DNA from: an uncultured Verrucomicrobiota bacterium
GTDB taxonomy: Bacteria; Verrucomicrobiota; Kiritimatiellia; CAIVKH01
DNA length: 64,000 nucleotides
Direction of reading: 5' to 3'
NCBI GenBank assembly: GCA_937873455.1
Contig: CALMYG010000169.1
Coordinates: forward strand, 3,122-67,121
The position numbers were made by a program, and so were the translations under genes. How positions within the stretch are numbered: the stretch's first letter is position 1; each line of letters opens with the position of its first letter. Positions 42,014-56,694 of the stretch are shown here, piece by piece. The notes below the pieces were generated by a model. That model was not told the DNA's origin and made no database searches. It saw only the letters and a list, made by a program, of their open reading frames with translations.

Positions 42014-42412
42014 TTACCAAACGTAACAAACCACTTCGCCGCCCACCTTGGAACGACGGGCCTCACGGTCGGTCAACAGACCGCGCGAGGTGCTTAAAAT
42101 CGCCATGCCGATTCCCCCGAAAACCTTCGGGATTTCTTCCGAACCGACATACTTGCGCAAACCGGGACGGCTCACCCGGCTCAACCCGCGGATGACCGCG
42201 CGATCGGCCCGGCCGTATTTCAGGCGCAGACGCAGGTAACTCCGGGAGCCTTCCTCCTCCACCGAAAAATCGGAGATAAAACCTTCCCGCTTCAAAATGC
42301 GGGCGATCTCCGCCTTGAGGCGTGAGTGGGGAATCTGGACGGTAGCGTGACCGGCCGCCGCGGCGTTACGCACGCGGGTCAACATATCGGAAATGGGATC
42401 ATTTAAACTCAT
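42014..42412 (-). CDS. rpsH: 30S ribosomal protein S8
   Basis: MSLNDPISDMLTRVRNA... Confidence 0.9.
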   Translation of the reverse strand: MSLNDPISDMLTRVRNAAAAGHATVQIPHSRLKAEIARILKREGFISDFSVEEEGSRSYLRLRLKYGRADRAVIRGLSRVSRPGLRKYVGSEEIPKVFGGIGMAILSTSRGLLTDREARRSKVGGEVVCYVW

Positions 42413-42426
42413 AGCAATACTCCAGC

Positions 42427-42612
42427 TTACCAGCTTGATTTAACCACGCCGGGGATCCGGCCTTCCGAGGCCAGCTCACGAAAGCAAATACGGCAAAGCT
42501 GGAATTTGCGGATATAGGCGCGGGCGCGGCCGCAGTTGCGGCAGCGGTTGTATTTGCGGGCCGAAAACTTCGGCGGCCGGCTTGCTTTCACTTCCAATGA
42601 TATCTTGGCCAA
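42427..42612 (-). CDS. rpsZ: 30S ribosomal protein S14, type Z (Zn-binding)
   Basis: 61 aa with a CRNCGR...CRIC Cys4 motif. Confidence 0.9.
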   Translation of the reverse strand: MAKISLEVKASRPPKFSARKYNRCRNCGRARAYIRKFQLCRICFRELASEGRIPGVVKSSW

Positions 42613-42630
42613 GGCGATTCCTCCTGAAAC

Positions 42631-43185
42631 TTAACGCTCAAACGGCATGCCGAGCTGTTTGAGCAACTCCAGCGCCTGTTCATTATTTTTTGCCGACGTG
42701 ACAATCGTGATGTCCATTCCCTGGGTCCGCTTGACCCGGTCGGGATCGATTTCCGGAAACAAGGTCTGTTCGGTCAACCCGAGGGTATAATTGCCCCGGC
42801 CGTCGAACGCCTTGCGCGACACGCCCCGGAAGTCCCGAATACGCGGCAGCACCACGTAGAGCAGTCTTTCCAGAAACTCGTACATCAACTGCCCGCGCAA
42901 GGTGACTTTGGCCCCGATCGGCATGCCCTCACGCAATTTGAAATTGGACACGCTTTTGCGCGCCATGGTGGTGACCGGCTTTTGCCCGGCGATCTTCGCG
43001 AGCTCATCGGTCATCAGCTTGAACTGATCCTTGTCCACCGAGGCGTTCACGCTCATGTTGATCACAATCTTTTTCAAGCCGGGAATGTCCATTGGATTTT
43101 CAATGGCCAGAGCCTTCTGGAGCGCGGGGCGCACCTCCTGCTTGTACCGTTCACGCAAACTCGTAACTATTGTAGCGGCTACCAT
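42631..43185 (-). CDS. rplE: 50S ribosomal protein L5
   Basis: ...IPGLKKIVINMSVNASV... Confidence 0.9.
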   Translation of the reverse strand: MVAATIVTSLRERYKQEVRPALQKALAIENPMDIPGLKKIVINMSVNASVDKDQFKLMTDELAKIAGQKPVTTMARKSVSNFKLREGMPIGAKVTLRGQLMYEFLERLLYVVLPRIRDFRGVSRKAFDGRGNYTLGLTEQTLFPEIDPDRVKRTQGMDITIVTSAKNNEQALELLKQLGMPFER

Positions 43186-43221
43186 AATCTTCTCTTATCG
43201 TTTCGGGAGTTCCGGAAACCT

Positions 43222-43509
43222 TCAGGCTTCCTTGCGCCCCGGCTTTTCTTTGGCGGCTTCAATCACCCGGAGGTTGGAAATGGCGATCGTTCCTTCCTTC
43301 TCGACAATGCCCCCCTCGGGATTGTCCTGGGTTTTCCGCATGTGTTTCTTGACAAAATTCAGGCCCTCGACGATGGCCCGCCCCTTTTCCGGGAAAACCT
43401 TCATCACCTTGCCGGACTTGCCGCCGGCCGCATCATCACCGGAAATGGCGACCACGATGTCGCCCCGTTTGATGTGAACATTGGGTTGGCGTTTGTTGCG
43501 TCGCGTCAT
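43222..43509 (-). CDS. rplX: 50S ribosomal protein L24
   Basis: KOW motif IKRGDIVVAISGDDAAGGKSGKV. Confidence 0.9.
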   Translation of the reverse strand: MTRRNKRQPNVHIKRGDIVVAISGDDAAGGKSGKVMKVFPEKGRAIVEGLNFVKKHMRKTQDNPEGGIVEKEGTIAISNLRVIEAAKEKPGRKEA

Positions 43510-43874
43510 TACAGCACCTCGGGAGCCAGGGAAATGACTTTCATGAAATTCTTGTCGCGCAATTCACGCGCCACCGGCCCGAAAATACGGGTCCCTTTCG
43601 GGTTTTTGTCGTTGTCGATGATCACCGCGGCATTGTGGTCGAATTTCAACTTCGACCCGTCGGGGCGCGCGATGGCCTGGCGGGTACGCACGATCAAGGC
43701 CGTATGCACTTCGCCTTTTTTCACCATGCCGGTGGGGATCGCTTCCTTGACGCTAACCTTGATGATATCGCCGATACGCGCATAGGTTTTGCGCTGACCC
43801 AGCACGTGAATGCACATGAGCGAGCGCGCGCCGGTGTTATCGGCCACATCCAATCGTGTTTGTTTGGTGATCAT
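43509..43874 (-). CDS. rplN: 50S ribosomal protein L14
   Basis: [24 protein letters not shown]... and [25 protein letters not shown]. Confidence 0.9.
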   Translation of the reverse strand: MITKQTRLDVADNTGARSLMCIHVLGQRKTYARIGDIIKVSVKEAIPTGMVKKGEVHTALIVRTRQAIARPDGSKLKFDHNAAVIIDNDKNPKGTRIFGPVARELRDKNFMKVISLAPEVL

Positions 43875-44152
43875 ACCTGGTCACCCCGCGCGGATTTGGT
43901 CACCACCTCAAGGAGGCGCCAGTGCTTCAACCGGCTGATCGGACGGGTTTCGACAATGCGAACCTTGTCACCGACATGAGCCTCGTTCTTTTCATCGTGC
44001 GCGTGAAACTTCTTCGTGCGCGTCACGGTTTTACCATAGATCGGGTGGCGGAACCGGTCGGTCACCGCGACCACGACGGTTTTATCCATCTTGTCGCTGG
44101 TTACCACTCCGGTGCGAACTTTCCGCACGCCGCGTTTAGCCGTAGCTGCCAT
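43871..44152 (-). CDS. rpsQ: 30S ribosomal protein S17
   Basis: ...[18 protein letters not shown]... Confidence 0.9.
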   Translation of the reverse strand: MAATAKRGVRKVRTGVVTSDKMDKTVVVAVTDRFRHPIYGKTVTRTKKFHAHDEKNEAHVGDKVRIVETRPISRLKHWRLLEVVTKSARGDQV

Positions 44153-44158
44153 CGTACA

Positions 44159-44359
44159 TTACCCCTTCGCCGGCTGTTTCTCGCGCTTCACGGTGTACAG
44201 GCGCGCAATGGCGCGGCGCACGTCGCGAAGGCGGGAAGGTTTTTCCAGCCGACCGATTGATTGTTGAACCTTCAGATTGAAAAATTCGGTGCGGGCGTCC
44301 GCCAGTTGCTGCTCGAGCTCTTCCGGCGTGGACTCCCGAATCATGGATGCCTTCTTCAT
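44159..44359 (-). CDS. rpmC: 50S ribosomal protein L29
   Basis: 66 aa: ...[23 protein letters not shown]... Confidence 0.9.
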   Translation of the reverse strand: MKKASMIRESTPEELEQQLADARTEFFNLKVQQSIGRLEKPSRLRDVRRAIARLYTVKREKQPAKG

Positions 44360-44772
44360 GTCAACCCCCGTTTCACGAACCGGGTCGGAATGGGAAGCTT
44401 GCTGGCGGCCAGCCGGAACGAATCCCGGGCAACCGACTCCGGCACGCCATCCAATTCAAACAGCATGGTGCCGGGGCGAACCACCGCGACCCATCCTTCA
44501 ACCGGGCCCTTGCCTTTGCCCTGGCGAACTTCCAGCGGCTTCTTGGTGTAAGGCTTGTCCGGATAAATCCGGGTCCAGAGCTTACCTTTACGCTTCATGG
44601 CGCGGCTGACCGACACACGGCAGGCTTCGATCTGAATGTTGGTGATCCAGGTGCGCCCTAGCGACTGAATGCCGTATTCGCCGAATGCCAGCGTATTGCA
44701 GGACGTCGCATTGCCCTTGCGGCTCCCCCGCTGAACTTTGCGGTACTTAACCCGTTTAGGCATAAGTGGCAT
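44356..44772 (-). CDS. rplP: 50S ribosomal protein L16
   Basis: ...[16 protein letters not shown]... Confidence 0.9.
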   Translation of the reverse strand: MPLMPKRVKYRKVQRGSRKGNATSCNTLAFGEYGIQSLGRTWITNIQIEACRVSVSRAMKRKGKLWTRIYPDKPYTKKPLEVRQGKGKGPVEGWVAVVRPGTMLFELDGVPESVARDSFRLAASKLPIPTRFVKRGLT

Positions 44773-45418
44773 GGCTTTGCTCCTTCAATACCGGTTCTTC
44801 CTGTTTGCGGCAGATCCACACCTTCACGCCGATCTTTCCGGCTACGGTGTGCGCCTCGGTAAATCCATACTGGATGTTCGCGCGCAGGGTATGCAGCGGA
44901 ACTTTGCCTTCTTTGTACCCTTCGGTACGGGCCAGTTCCGCGCCGCCCAAGCGCCCGGAAACCCGGACCTTGATTCCCAGAGCCCCAAGATCCATGGCCA
45001 ATTGAACCGCCCGCTTCAGCGCACGACGGAACGATACCCGGCGCTCCAACTGAACGGCGATGTTCTCGGCAACCAGCTGGGCGGTCGTGTCGGGATCCTT
45101 GACTTCGCGGATCTCCACATAAACTTCCTTGCCGGTCTTCTTGGCAATCTCTTCCTTCAATTTCTCGATGTCCTGACCCTTGCGCCCGATGACAATACCG
45201 GGGCGGGCGGTGAACACGGTGATGCGGGCGCGATTGGCGTAACGCTCAATGATCACTTCCGGGACCGCGGCATCCTTCAGACGGGTTTTAACCATCTTGC
45301 GGATCTCGATGTCCTCGTGCAGCAGATCGCCGAACTCCTTCTTGCCGGCAAACCAACGGGAGCGCCAGTCTTTGTTGACTGCCACCCGCAAACCATTCGG
45401 ATTTACTTTCTGTCCCAA
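44756..45418 (-). CDS. rpsC: 30S ribosomal protein S3
   Basis: [24 protein letters not shown]..., with the KH domain. Confidence 0.9.
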   Translation of the reverse strand: MGQKVNPNGLRVAVNKDWRSRWFAGKKEFGDLLHEDIEIRKMVKTRLKDAAVPEVIIERYANRARITVFTARPGIVIGRKGQDIEKLKEEIAKKTGKEVYVEIREVKDPDTTAQLVAENIAVQLERRVSFRRALKRAVQLAMDLGALGIKVRVSGRLGGAELARTEGYKEGKVPLHTLRANIQYGFTEAHTVAGKIGVKVWICRKQEEPVLKEQSHATYA

Positions 45419-45455
45419 GTCATGCTCCTTTCGGATTCGAAAAGCGAAAAGCGGC

Positions 45456-45794
45456 CTATTCTGCCTCGCCTTTGTTGTCCGTCAATACAATCTTGATGTG
45501 ACTCATTTTTTTCTGGATCGGGCCCGCACTGCCCCGGGCTTTGGGTTGAAATCGTTTCATCATGTGCCCTTGATCCACCAGGGCGGACTTGACCGTCAAA
45601 TCATCAGCCGAAAGGCTGTGGTTGTTTTCGGCATTGGCAATCGCTGATTTTAACGTCTTGCCGATATAAAAAGCGGCTTTCCGCTCGCTAAACTGGGTGA
45701 TCTTCAACGCCTCCGAGGCGGAACGCCCCTGGATCGTCCGGGCCAGATCACGCGCCTTGGTCGGCGAGATCCGCGCATCTTTGGTTAAAGCCAT
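45456..45794 (-). CDS. rplV: 50S ribosomal protein L22
   Basis: Start chosen at the third ATG (MALTKDARISPTKARDLA...). The track ORF extends to 45818. Confidence 0.85.
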   Translation of the reverse strand: MALTKDARISPTKARDLARTIQGRSASEALKITQFSERKAAFYIGKTLKSAIANAENNHSLSADDLTVKSALVDQGHMMKRFQPKARGSAGPIQKKMSHIKIVLTDNKGEAE

Positions 45795-45810
45795 CACGTC
45801 CATAATTACC

Positions 45811-46371
45811 TCATCCATCCTGCTTGCTGCTCAAAATCACTCGATCCCCCGACTCGGGGAATCCTTCCTGTTCCATTTTTTCTATCAAACCGCCTGCTAT
45901 GGTCTCCCGGACATCCGTCAACCGGATCCGCCCGACAACACGCTCCCCGCGGAGCACATGAAACCGCATGCCCGGCTTCATGCCGGCCTGCCGTCCCCCG
46001 CTGACCACCGCCACCTGCATGTCCCGGTTCACTTCCAGAACCCGGACCCGCGTGAGGTCATCCACCAACACTTCCACCGGTCCCGCCTGCGGCGCCGTCG
46101 CCGGACGACCGGTCTCGACCCGAACGCGGTCCGATGCCTCGCGAGCCTCCGCCAACTGGTGCAACAACCGTTCCACCTGGCCGCTCAACGCTTCCACTTG
46201 CGCCTTCAGCGCGCTGTTCTCCATGAACAGCTCCACGACCATGGCCGACGCATCTTCGGCCGCCTCCCCCGGCCCGGCCGGGGATACCCTTGATTCGGGC
46301 GCCTCGCGCCGGCATCCCGAACCCAGCAGGGCGAGAACCGCCGCCAGTACCCAGGCATTTCCGGCGCGCAT
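45811..46371 (-). CDS. Secreted coiled-coil protein with a small C-terminal beta-rich domain (possible lipoprotein), embedded between rpsS and rplV in the S10 operon
   Basis: 186 aa. Signal peptide MRAGNAWVLAAVLALLGSGC, then a coiled coil (ENSALKAQVEALSGQVERLLHQLAEARE), then a Gly/Arg-rich beta domain (...GMKPGMRFHVLRGERVVGRIRLTDVRE...). It lies 9 nt after rpsS and 16 nt before rplV. Confidence 0.55.
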   Translation of the reverse strand: MRAGNAWVLAAVLALLGSGCRREAPESRVSPAGPGEAAEDASAMVVELFMENSALKAQVEALSGQVERLLHQLAEAREASDRVRVETGRPATAPQAGPVEVLVDDLTRVRVLEVNRDMQVAVVSGGRQAGMKPGMRFHVLRGERVVGRIRLTDVRETIAGGLIEKMEQEGFPESGDRVILSSKQDG

Positions 46372-46380
46372 GCCGCTCCG

Positions 46381-46665
46381 TTACTTCAACGCGACGGTTT
46401 TATCCGTGGCCGCGCCATGGCGACGGAACACCCGGGTCGGCGAAAATTCGCCCAACCGGTGTCCGACCATGTTTTCCGTGACAAAAACCGACGTGAACGT
46501 CTTCCCGTTATGCACGGTAAACGTGTGGCCGACGAAATCGGGAATAATCATGGAGCGACGCGACCAGGTCTTGATCGGACGCTTTACCCCGCTCAAATTC
46601 AGCTTATCAACCTTCTTGACCAGTTTGTCTTCGACATACGGTCCTTTTTTCAGCGAGCGTGCCAT
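46381..46665 (-). CDS. rpsS: 30S ribosomal protein S19
   Basis: [19 protein letters not shown]... Confidence 0.9.
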   Translation of the reverse strand: MARSLKKGPYVEDKLVKKVDKLNLSGVKRPIKTWSRRSMIIPDFVGHTFTVHNGKTFTSVFVTENMVGHRLGEFSPTRVFRRHGAATDKTVALK

Positions 46666-46668
46666 GGA

Positions 46669-47490
46669 TTACCTTCTCCGTTTGATGATAAATCGTCCCG
46701 ACGTCTTCCGTTTGTGCCGGGTCTTCTTGCCTTTGGCCAACTGTCCCCACGGAGACACGGCCTGTCCGCCGGACGCGCGACCTTCACCGCCGCCCATGGG
46801 ATGGTCAATCGGGTTCATGGCCACACCGCGCACGGTCGGCCGGATGCCCAGCCAGCGTTTGCGGCCGGCTTTGCCCAGGGAAATGTTCTGGTGGTCGGGA
46901 TTGCCTACCTGGCCAACCGTCGCGTAGCAACGTTCGTTGACCAGCCGGATTTCACCGGAAGGTAGTTTGATTTGGGCGAAACCGCCTTCGCGCGCCATGA
47001 TCTGCGCGGCCAGGCCGGCGCCCCGCACCAACTTGCCGCCCTTGCCGGGCACCATCTCGATGTTGTGGACCGGAAGACTGAGCGGAATGTGATCAAGCGG
47101 AAGCGCATTGCCCGCCTTCGGTTCCGCCTTCGGACCGGCCATGATCGTATCGCCCACATTCAGCCCGATCGGCGCGAGAATATAACGCTTCTCGCCGTCA
47201 GTATAATGCAACAAGGCAATACGCGCGGAACGGTTCGGATCGTATTCGATCGATGCGACCTTGGCCGGAATGCCGATCTTGTCGCGCTTGAAATCAATCA
47301 TCCGGTAGCGGCGTTTGTGTCCGCCGCCGCGGTGACGCACGGTTAACCGGCCGTACATGTTGCGGCCGCCGGTCTTGTTTTTCATCACGGTCAGCGACTT
47401 TTCCGGCTTGTCCGTAGTGACTTCGGCGAAGTCCGGAAGCACGGTAAAGCGCTGAGACGCGGTATAAGGTTTGTGTTGTTTAAGAGGCAT
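46669..47490 (-). CDS. rplB: 50S ribosomal protein L2
   Basis: 273 aa, with ...GGGHKRRYR...PKGGGEGR... Confidence 0.9.
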   Translation of the reverse strand: MPLKQHKPYTASQRFTVLPDFAEVTTDKPEKSLTVMKNKTGGRNMYGRLTVRHRGGGHKRRYRMIDFKRDKIGIPAKVASIEYDPNRSARIALLHYTDGEKRYILAPIGLNVGDTIMAGPKAEPKAGNALPLDHIPLSLPVHNIEMVPGKGGKLVRGAGLAAQIMAREGGFAQIKLPSGEIRLVNERCYATVGQVGNPDHQNISLGKAGRKRWLGIRPTVRGVAMNPIDHPMGGGEGRASGGQAVSPWGQLAKGKKTRHKRKTSGRFIIKRRR

Positions 47491-47504
47491 GGCGTTTCGC
47501 TTTC

Positions 47505-47792
47505 TTACGTCAGTTCGATCTTATCGCCTTCTTTGAGGGTCACCACCGCGCGCTTTACCGACGCCCGACGGCCGTAACGGAATTTGCGATCGCGCTTGAG
47601 TTTGCCCAGACGGTTCATGGTGTTGACCTTGGTAACCGACACCTTGAACATTTCCTCGACCGCCTGCTTGATTTCGATCTTGTTGGCGTCGGGATGCACG
47701 TTGAACAAATACTGGTTGTCGCTGCTGCCGAGGCGGGTGCCCTTCTCGGTAACCACGACCTTATCAATGATGATTTGCGTGTTTTTCATCAA
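47505..47792 (-). CDS. rplW: 50S ribosomal protein L23
   Basis: ...[38 protein letters not shown]... Confidence 0.9.
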   Translation of the reverse strand: MMKNTQIIIDKVVVTEKGTRLGSSDNQYLFNVHPDANKIEIKQAVEEMFKVSVTKVNTMNRLGKLKRDRKFRYGRRASVKRAVVTLKEGDKIELT

Positions 47793-48427
47793 GCCGCCTC
47801 CTTCGTCCCGGTCGCCCTGCGGTTGAGAATGGCAAGCGCGCCCTGGGTGACGATGAGGCGCGGGTAGCGGGCGATCTGATACACATGAACCTGGCTGGCC
47901 CGCACCACTTCCACTCCCGGAATATTGCGGGAGGCCAGAATTAAATCCTTGGAAACGTCATCGGCGACGATAATACCGCGCCGGATATCCATTTTCTTCA
48001 ACCAGGCCGCAAAACTCTTCGTTTTGGCGTCCGGAAGGGTGATGCGGTCGATCACCGTTACCGCGTTCTCGCTGATCCGGTCGGCCACGATGCGGGCCAA
48101 GGCCAGACGCAGGGTCTTGCGGTTGATGTTTTTCCCGAAGTCCCGGGGCTTGGGCCCGAACACCACGCCGCCGCCGCGCCATACCGGCGATTGCTTGTAG
48201 CCGGCGCGGGCGTTGCCCGTTCCTTTTTGACGCCACGGCTTCTGACCATGACCGGCCACTTCGCCCTTGGTCTTGGTATTCGCCGAACCCACGCGTTGAT
48301 TCGCGCGGTAGGCGACGATCGCATCGCGAACCGCCTGGGCGCCTTTTTCGGTGTTCAGCAGCGCTGGAGGAACGTCCACCGTTCCGACCGCCACACCTTC
48401 CATGTTGCACATTGAAAGACTACTCAT
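47789..48427 (-). CDS. rplD: 50S ribosomal protein L4
   Basis: ...GHGQKPWRQKGTGNARAG.... The exact start is uncertain. Confidence 0.9.
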   Translation of the reverse strand: MSSLSMCNMEGVAVGTVDVPPALLNTEKGAQAVRDAIVAYRANQRVGSANTKTKGEVAGHGQKPWRQKGTGNARAGYKQSPVWRGGGVVFGPKPRDFGKNINRKTLRLALARIVADRISENAVTVIDRITLPDAKTKSFAAWLKKMDIRRGIIVADDVSKDLILASRNIPGVEVVRASQVHVYQIARYPRLIVTQGALAILNRRATGTKEAA

Positions 48428-48430
48428 TGC

Positions 48431-49060
48431 TTAGCCCTTTTTAATCGCCTTTTTGACCACCAGAATGGAGCCGGTCGGTCCCGGAACCGCGCCTTCGACG
48501 AGAATGGCGTTGTCGTCTTTGCGGACCTGAACCACCCGGAGGTTCTGGACGGTGATGTTTACGTGGCCCATATGGCCAGGCAACCGCTTGTTCTTGAAAA
48601 TTCGACCGGGCTGGGTACGCATACCGATGGAGCCGGGACGACGATGCGACGTATGGCCGTGCGCGGCCGGTCCACCGCCCATGCCATGGCGCTTGACGAC
48701 GCCCTGGAACCCGCGTCCTTTCGTGACGCCGCTGACATCGACGTAGGTCACGCCTTCAAATACCTCGGCGGTCAGGGTATCGCCTTCCTTGGCCGTTTCA
48801 TCAGCGCCCACCCGGAATTCCCGGAGAACCCGCTTCGCGCTGGCGCCCGCTTTTTTGAAATGGCCCAGCAACGGCTTGTTCACGCGTTGTTCCTTTTGAT
48901 CCAGGAAACCCAACTGAACGGCTTCGTAACCGTCGCGCGCCGCCACCTTGCGCTGCACCACGACACAAGGACCCAGACCGATCACCGTGACCGGAATGTG
49001 CCGGCCTTCCTGATCGTACACCTGGGTCATCCCCAATTTTTTGCCTAATAAACCTTGCAT
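48431..49060 (-). CDS. rplC: 50S ribosomal protein L3
   Basis: [27 protein letters not shown]... Confidence 0.9.
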   Translation of the reverse strand: MQGLLGKKLGMTQVYDQEGRHIPVTVIGLGPCVVVQRKVAARDGYEAVQLGFLDQKEQRVNKPLLGHFKKAGASAKRVLREFRVGADETAKEGDTLTAEVFEGVTYVDVSGVTKGRGFQGVVKRHGMGGGPAAHGHTSHRRPGSIGMRTQPGRIFKNKRLPGHMGHVNITVQNLRVVQVRKDDNAILVEGAVPGPTGSILVVKKAIKKG

Positions 49061-49068
49061 GCTTGTTC

Positions 49069-49377
49069 TCAGATTTTAATGGTGATGTCCACGCCGGCCG
49101 GCAGGTTGAGCTTTTTCAGCTCGTCCACCGTCTTGATGGTCGGATCAATGATATCGAGAAGACGCTTGTGGGTGCGGATCTCGAATTGCTCCATCGATTT
49201 CTTGTCCACGTGCGGGCTTCGATTAACGCAATAGCGTTCGATCCGCGTGGGCAGCGGGATGGGGCCGGCCACGCGCGCGCCGGTGCGTTTGGCCGTTTCG
49301 ACGATATCGCCCGCCGACTGGTCGAGCACGCGATGATCGTACGCCTTCAAGCGAATTCTGATTTTCTGTCCATTCAT
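49069..49377 (-). CDS. rpsJ: 30S ribosomal protein S10
   Basis: [34 protein letters not shown]... Confidence 0.9.
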   Translation of the reverse strand: MNGQKIRIRLKAYDHRVLDQSAGDIVETAKRTGARVAGPIPLPTRIERYCVNRSPHVDKKSMEQFEIRTHKRLLDIIDPTIKTVDELKKLNLPAGVDITIKI

Positions 49378-49380
49378 GAT

Positions 49381-51516
49381 TTACCGATTCAATATGCTGT
49401 TCGTTAAATTTTCCGGAACCATGTCAAACAAACACGGCTCCATGCTGTAACTCGCCCGCCCGCGGGTGACCGAACGCAGACTGGTCGCATAGCCGAAAAG
49501 TTCCGCGAGCGGAACCTCGGCATGAATGATTTGCGAACCATCCTGCGCGATCATTTCCTTGATCTTTCCTCTCCGGCCGTTCAAGTCCCCCAACACATCG
49601 CCAAGGTGCTCGTCCGGAGCAATTATTTCCATCCTCATGATCGGCTCGAGCAGCACCGGTTGGGCGGCCCGAACCGCGTCACGAAGCGCCATGATCGCGG
49701 CTGACCGGAATGCGACTTCCGTCGAATATTCCGGATGAAAGCCGCCATCTTTAACACACACATCAAGATCAATCAACGAATAATTTCCTAAAATTCCTGT
49801 GATGAGGCCGGAATCGATTCCTTCGCGGATCGGACCTTCAAATTCTGAAGGAATTTTCCCGTTTTTTGCGGCAAAACGCGTGATATTTCCCGTACCACGC
49901 TCCCGGGGCGTCACCTCCAACACGATCTGGGCGAAGTGGCGGTTGCCCGCCAATTCCCGGTCAAACGTGTGTTCCGCCGTCGCCGCGACCCGGATACTTT
50001 CGCGGTACGCGACCATCGGGCGGCCGGCATTCGCCTGCACTTTGAATTCCCGCAACATCCGGTCCTTGATAATTTCCAGGTGCAGCTCCCCCATCCCGCT
50101 GATGATGGTCTGCGCCGTCTCCGCGTTGGTCGAAACCTTGAAGGTCGGATCCTCCTCGCTCAAGGTCTGCAACGTGGCGAACATTTTTTCCTTGTCGGCC
50201 TGCGATTTCGGCTCAATCGCCATGGAGATAACCGGCTCGGGGAAGCTGATCCGCTCCAGCACGATCGGCTGCTGTTCCGCGCAAAGCGTATCGCCGGTGG
50301 TGACATCCTTGAGCCCGGTCATCGCGCCGATTTCACCCGCGTGCAACACCTCGATGTCTTCACGCTGATTGGCGTGGACCCGCAACAACCGCATCATTTT
50401 TTCCCGCTTGCGGGTGCGCGGATTATACATCGCCGCGCCTTTTTTCAAGACGCCGGCATAGACGCGCACATAGGCGAGTTTGCCCACGAACGGATCCGTG
50501 GCGATCTTGAACGCCAAGGCGCTTAACGGCGCAAAATCGCTGGTCTCCCGGCTGAGCATTTCTTCCGTTTTCGGATGCCGTCCGGTTACCGCCGGAACAT
50601 CCAGCGGCGAAGGCAGGTAATCCACCACGGCATCCAGCAACAATTGAATGCCCTTGTTGTGCAGGGCGCTGCCGCAAGCCACCGGCAACAAACGGCCGGC
50701 CAGCGCGAGACGACGGATCGCCGGGCGCAACTGCTCGGCCGGCACATCGGGATTGTCCATGTAAACATGGAGCAGCTCTTCGTCGATTTCCGCGGCGGCT
50801 TCCACCAGGGCCGCACGGTAACGCTCGGCGTCGGCGGCCAGCCCGGCGGGAATGGGAATTTCCACCACATCCGCGCCCTTGGAGGCCTCGGCAAAGGTGA
50901 AAGCCTTCATCGTGACCAGATCAATGACGCCGGAAAATTCCGCCTCCTGGCCGATCGGCAGTTGAATCGCCACCGCCGGAACGCCCAATTTCTGACGGAT
51001 GTTATCGATCACCCAATGAAAACGGGCGCCCATCCGGTCAACCTTGTTCACGAACGCGATGCAAGGCACCCGGTACTTCCGGGCCTGGCGCCACACCGTT
51101 TCCGATTGCGGCTGCACGCCGGCCACGCCGCAGAATACCCCGACCGCCCCGTCCAGTACGCGGAGCGAACGCTCGACTTCCACGGTAAAGTCTACATGAC
51201 CGGGGGTGTCGATGATGTTGATCTGGTGGTCGCGCCAGAAACAGGTCGTCGCCGCACTGGTGATGGTGATACCGCGCTCCTGCTCCTGGACCATCCAGTC
51301 CATGACGGCGGTGCCTTCATCGACGCTGCCCAACTTGTACACCTTGCCGGTGTAGTAGAGCATGCGCTCGGTGGTCGTGGTTTTTCCGGCATCAATGTGG
51401 GCCATGATGCCGATGTTGCGGATGGAGGTTAACGCATGTAGCCGGCCGTCAGCCTCGCGCCGGGCAGGCGCGGGCATAGCAGTGGAATCTGGAGACTGGT
51501 CGGCCACGGCGGACAT
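49381..51516 (-). CDS. fusA: Elongation factor G
   Basis: [26 protein letters not shown]; 711 aa. The ~25 aa N-terminal extension may be an overcall (alternative ATG at ~51477). Confidence 0.9.
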   Translation of the reverse strand: MSAVADQSPDSTAMPAPARREADGRLHALTSIRNIGIMAHIDAGKTTTTERMLYYTGKVYKLGSVDEGTAVMDWMVQEQERGITITSAATTCFWRDHQINIIDTPGHVDFTVEVERSLRVLDGAVGVFCGVAGVQPQSETVWRQARKYRVPCIAFVNKVDRMGARFHWVIDNIRQKLGVPAVAIQLPIGQEAEFSGVIDLVTMKAFTFAEASKGADVVEIPIPAGLAADAERYRAALVEAAAEIDEELLHVYMDNPDVPAEQLRPAIRRLALAGRLLPVACGSALHNKGIQLLLDAVVDYLPSPLDVPAVTGRHPKTEEMLSRETSDFAPLSALAFKIATDPFVGKLAYVRVYAGVLKKGAAMYNPRTRKREKMMRLLRVHANQREDIEVLHAGEIGAMTGLKDVTTGDTLCAEQQPIVLERISFPEPVISMAIEPKSQADKEKMFATLQTLSEEDPTFKVSTNAETAQTIISGMGELHLEIIKDRMLREFKVQANAGRPMVAYRESIRVAATAEHTFDRELAGNRHFAQIVLEVTPRERGTGNITRFAAKNGKIPSEFEGPIREGIDSGLITGILGNYSLIDLDVCVKDGGFHPEYSTEVAFRSAAIMALRDAVRAAQPVLLEPIMRMEIIAPDEHLGDVLGDLNGRRGKIKEMIAQDGSQIIHAEVPLAELFGYATSLRSVTRGRASYSMEPCLFDMVPENLTNSILNR

Positions 51517-51534
51517 GGAACATCCGGTTCACGT

Positions 51535-52005
51535 TTACCATCGGTAGTGAGCAAACGCCTTGTTGGCCTGCGCCATCTTGTGGGTGTCGTCGCGCTTCTT
51601 GATGGCGTTGCCCTGGTTCTTGGCCGCATCCATCAATTCCAGCGCCAGCGCGCGTTTCATGGGAATGCCCTTGCGCGCCTGGGAAAACTGAATCAGCCAA
51701 CGCATGGCCAACGCGGTTTGGCGGGCGGCATCGACTTCCACCGGAACCTGGTAGGTGGCGCCACCGACCCGGCGAGATTTCACCTCGAGGCGGGGCTTCA
51801 CGTTGTTCAGGGCCTGGGTGAGCACTTCCATCGGATCGGCTCCGGTTTTTTCCTGAACCGTTTCCAGGGCGCCGTACACGATATTTTCCGCGGTGGCGTA
51901 TTTGCCGCTGTACATGATTTTGGAAATCAGCAGCGAAACATCCTCGCTGCCGTAACGGAGGTCTTTGGTGACCGGTCGTTTTTCTGCTCTGCGTCGTCGT
52001 GCCAT
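51535..52005 (-). CDS. rpsG: 30S ribosomal protein S7
   Basis: Start at MARRRRAEKRPV.... Confidence 0.9.
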   Translation of the reverse strand: MARRRRAEKRPVTKDLRYGSEDVSLLISKIMYSGKYATAENIVYGALETVQEKTGADPMEVLTQALNNVKPRLEVKSRRVGGATYQVPVEVDAARQTALAMRWLIQFSQARKGIPMKRALALELMDAAKNQGNAIKKRDDTHKMAQANKAFAHYRW

Positions 52006-52020
52006 ACCTACATCCAATCC

Positions 52021-52419
52021 TTACTGTTTTTTCTTGGGCCGCTTGGTGCCGTACTTGGAACGGCCGCGCTTGCGCTGGCCCCATCCCGGCTGCTCGTCCA
52101 CGCCCTTGCAATCCAATGATCCGCGGACAATATGGTAACGCACCCCGGGAAGATCCTTCACGCGCCCGCCGCGCACCAGCACCATGCTGTGTTCCTGAAG
52201 ATTGTGTCCGACCCCGGGAATGTAAGCGGTCACTTCGATCCCGTTGGTCAACCGCACGCGGGCCACCTTGCGCAAGGCCGAGTTCGGCTTCTTGGGCGTC
52301 TGGGTCTTGACCAGCAGGCAGACCCCGCGACGCTGCGGGCAGCTCGACAGCGCGGGCGATTTATTTTTCTTGCGGGCCAGTTCGCGGCCCTTTTTTACCA
52401 ATTGATTAATGGTCGGCAT
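52021..52419 (-). CDS. rpsL: 30S ribosomal protein S12
   Basis: [13 protein letters not shown]...[19 protein letters not shown]... Confidence 0.95.
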   Translation of the reverse strand: MPTINQLVKKGRELARKKNKSPALSSCPQRRGVCLLVKTQTPKKPNSALRKVARVRLTNGIEVTAYIPGVGHNLQEHSMVLVRGGRVKDLPGVRYHIVRGSLDCKGVDEQPGWGQRKRGRSKYGTKRPKKKQ

Positions 52420-52497
52420 AGTCAGTCCCTAGTTTTGCTGAAAGCGGGGGAAATTAACAAACGCCGCCCGCTCGCACAATATTTTCCTGAATAAATT

Positions 52498-56649
<4,152 letters not shown>

Positions 56650-56694
56650 CGATAATCTCCCAATTCCCCATGCCGCGCGGCCGGGGACAAATTC

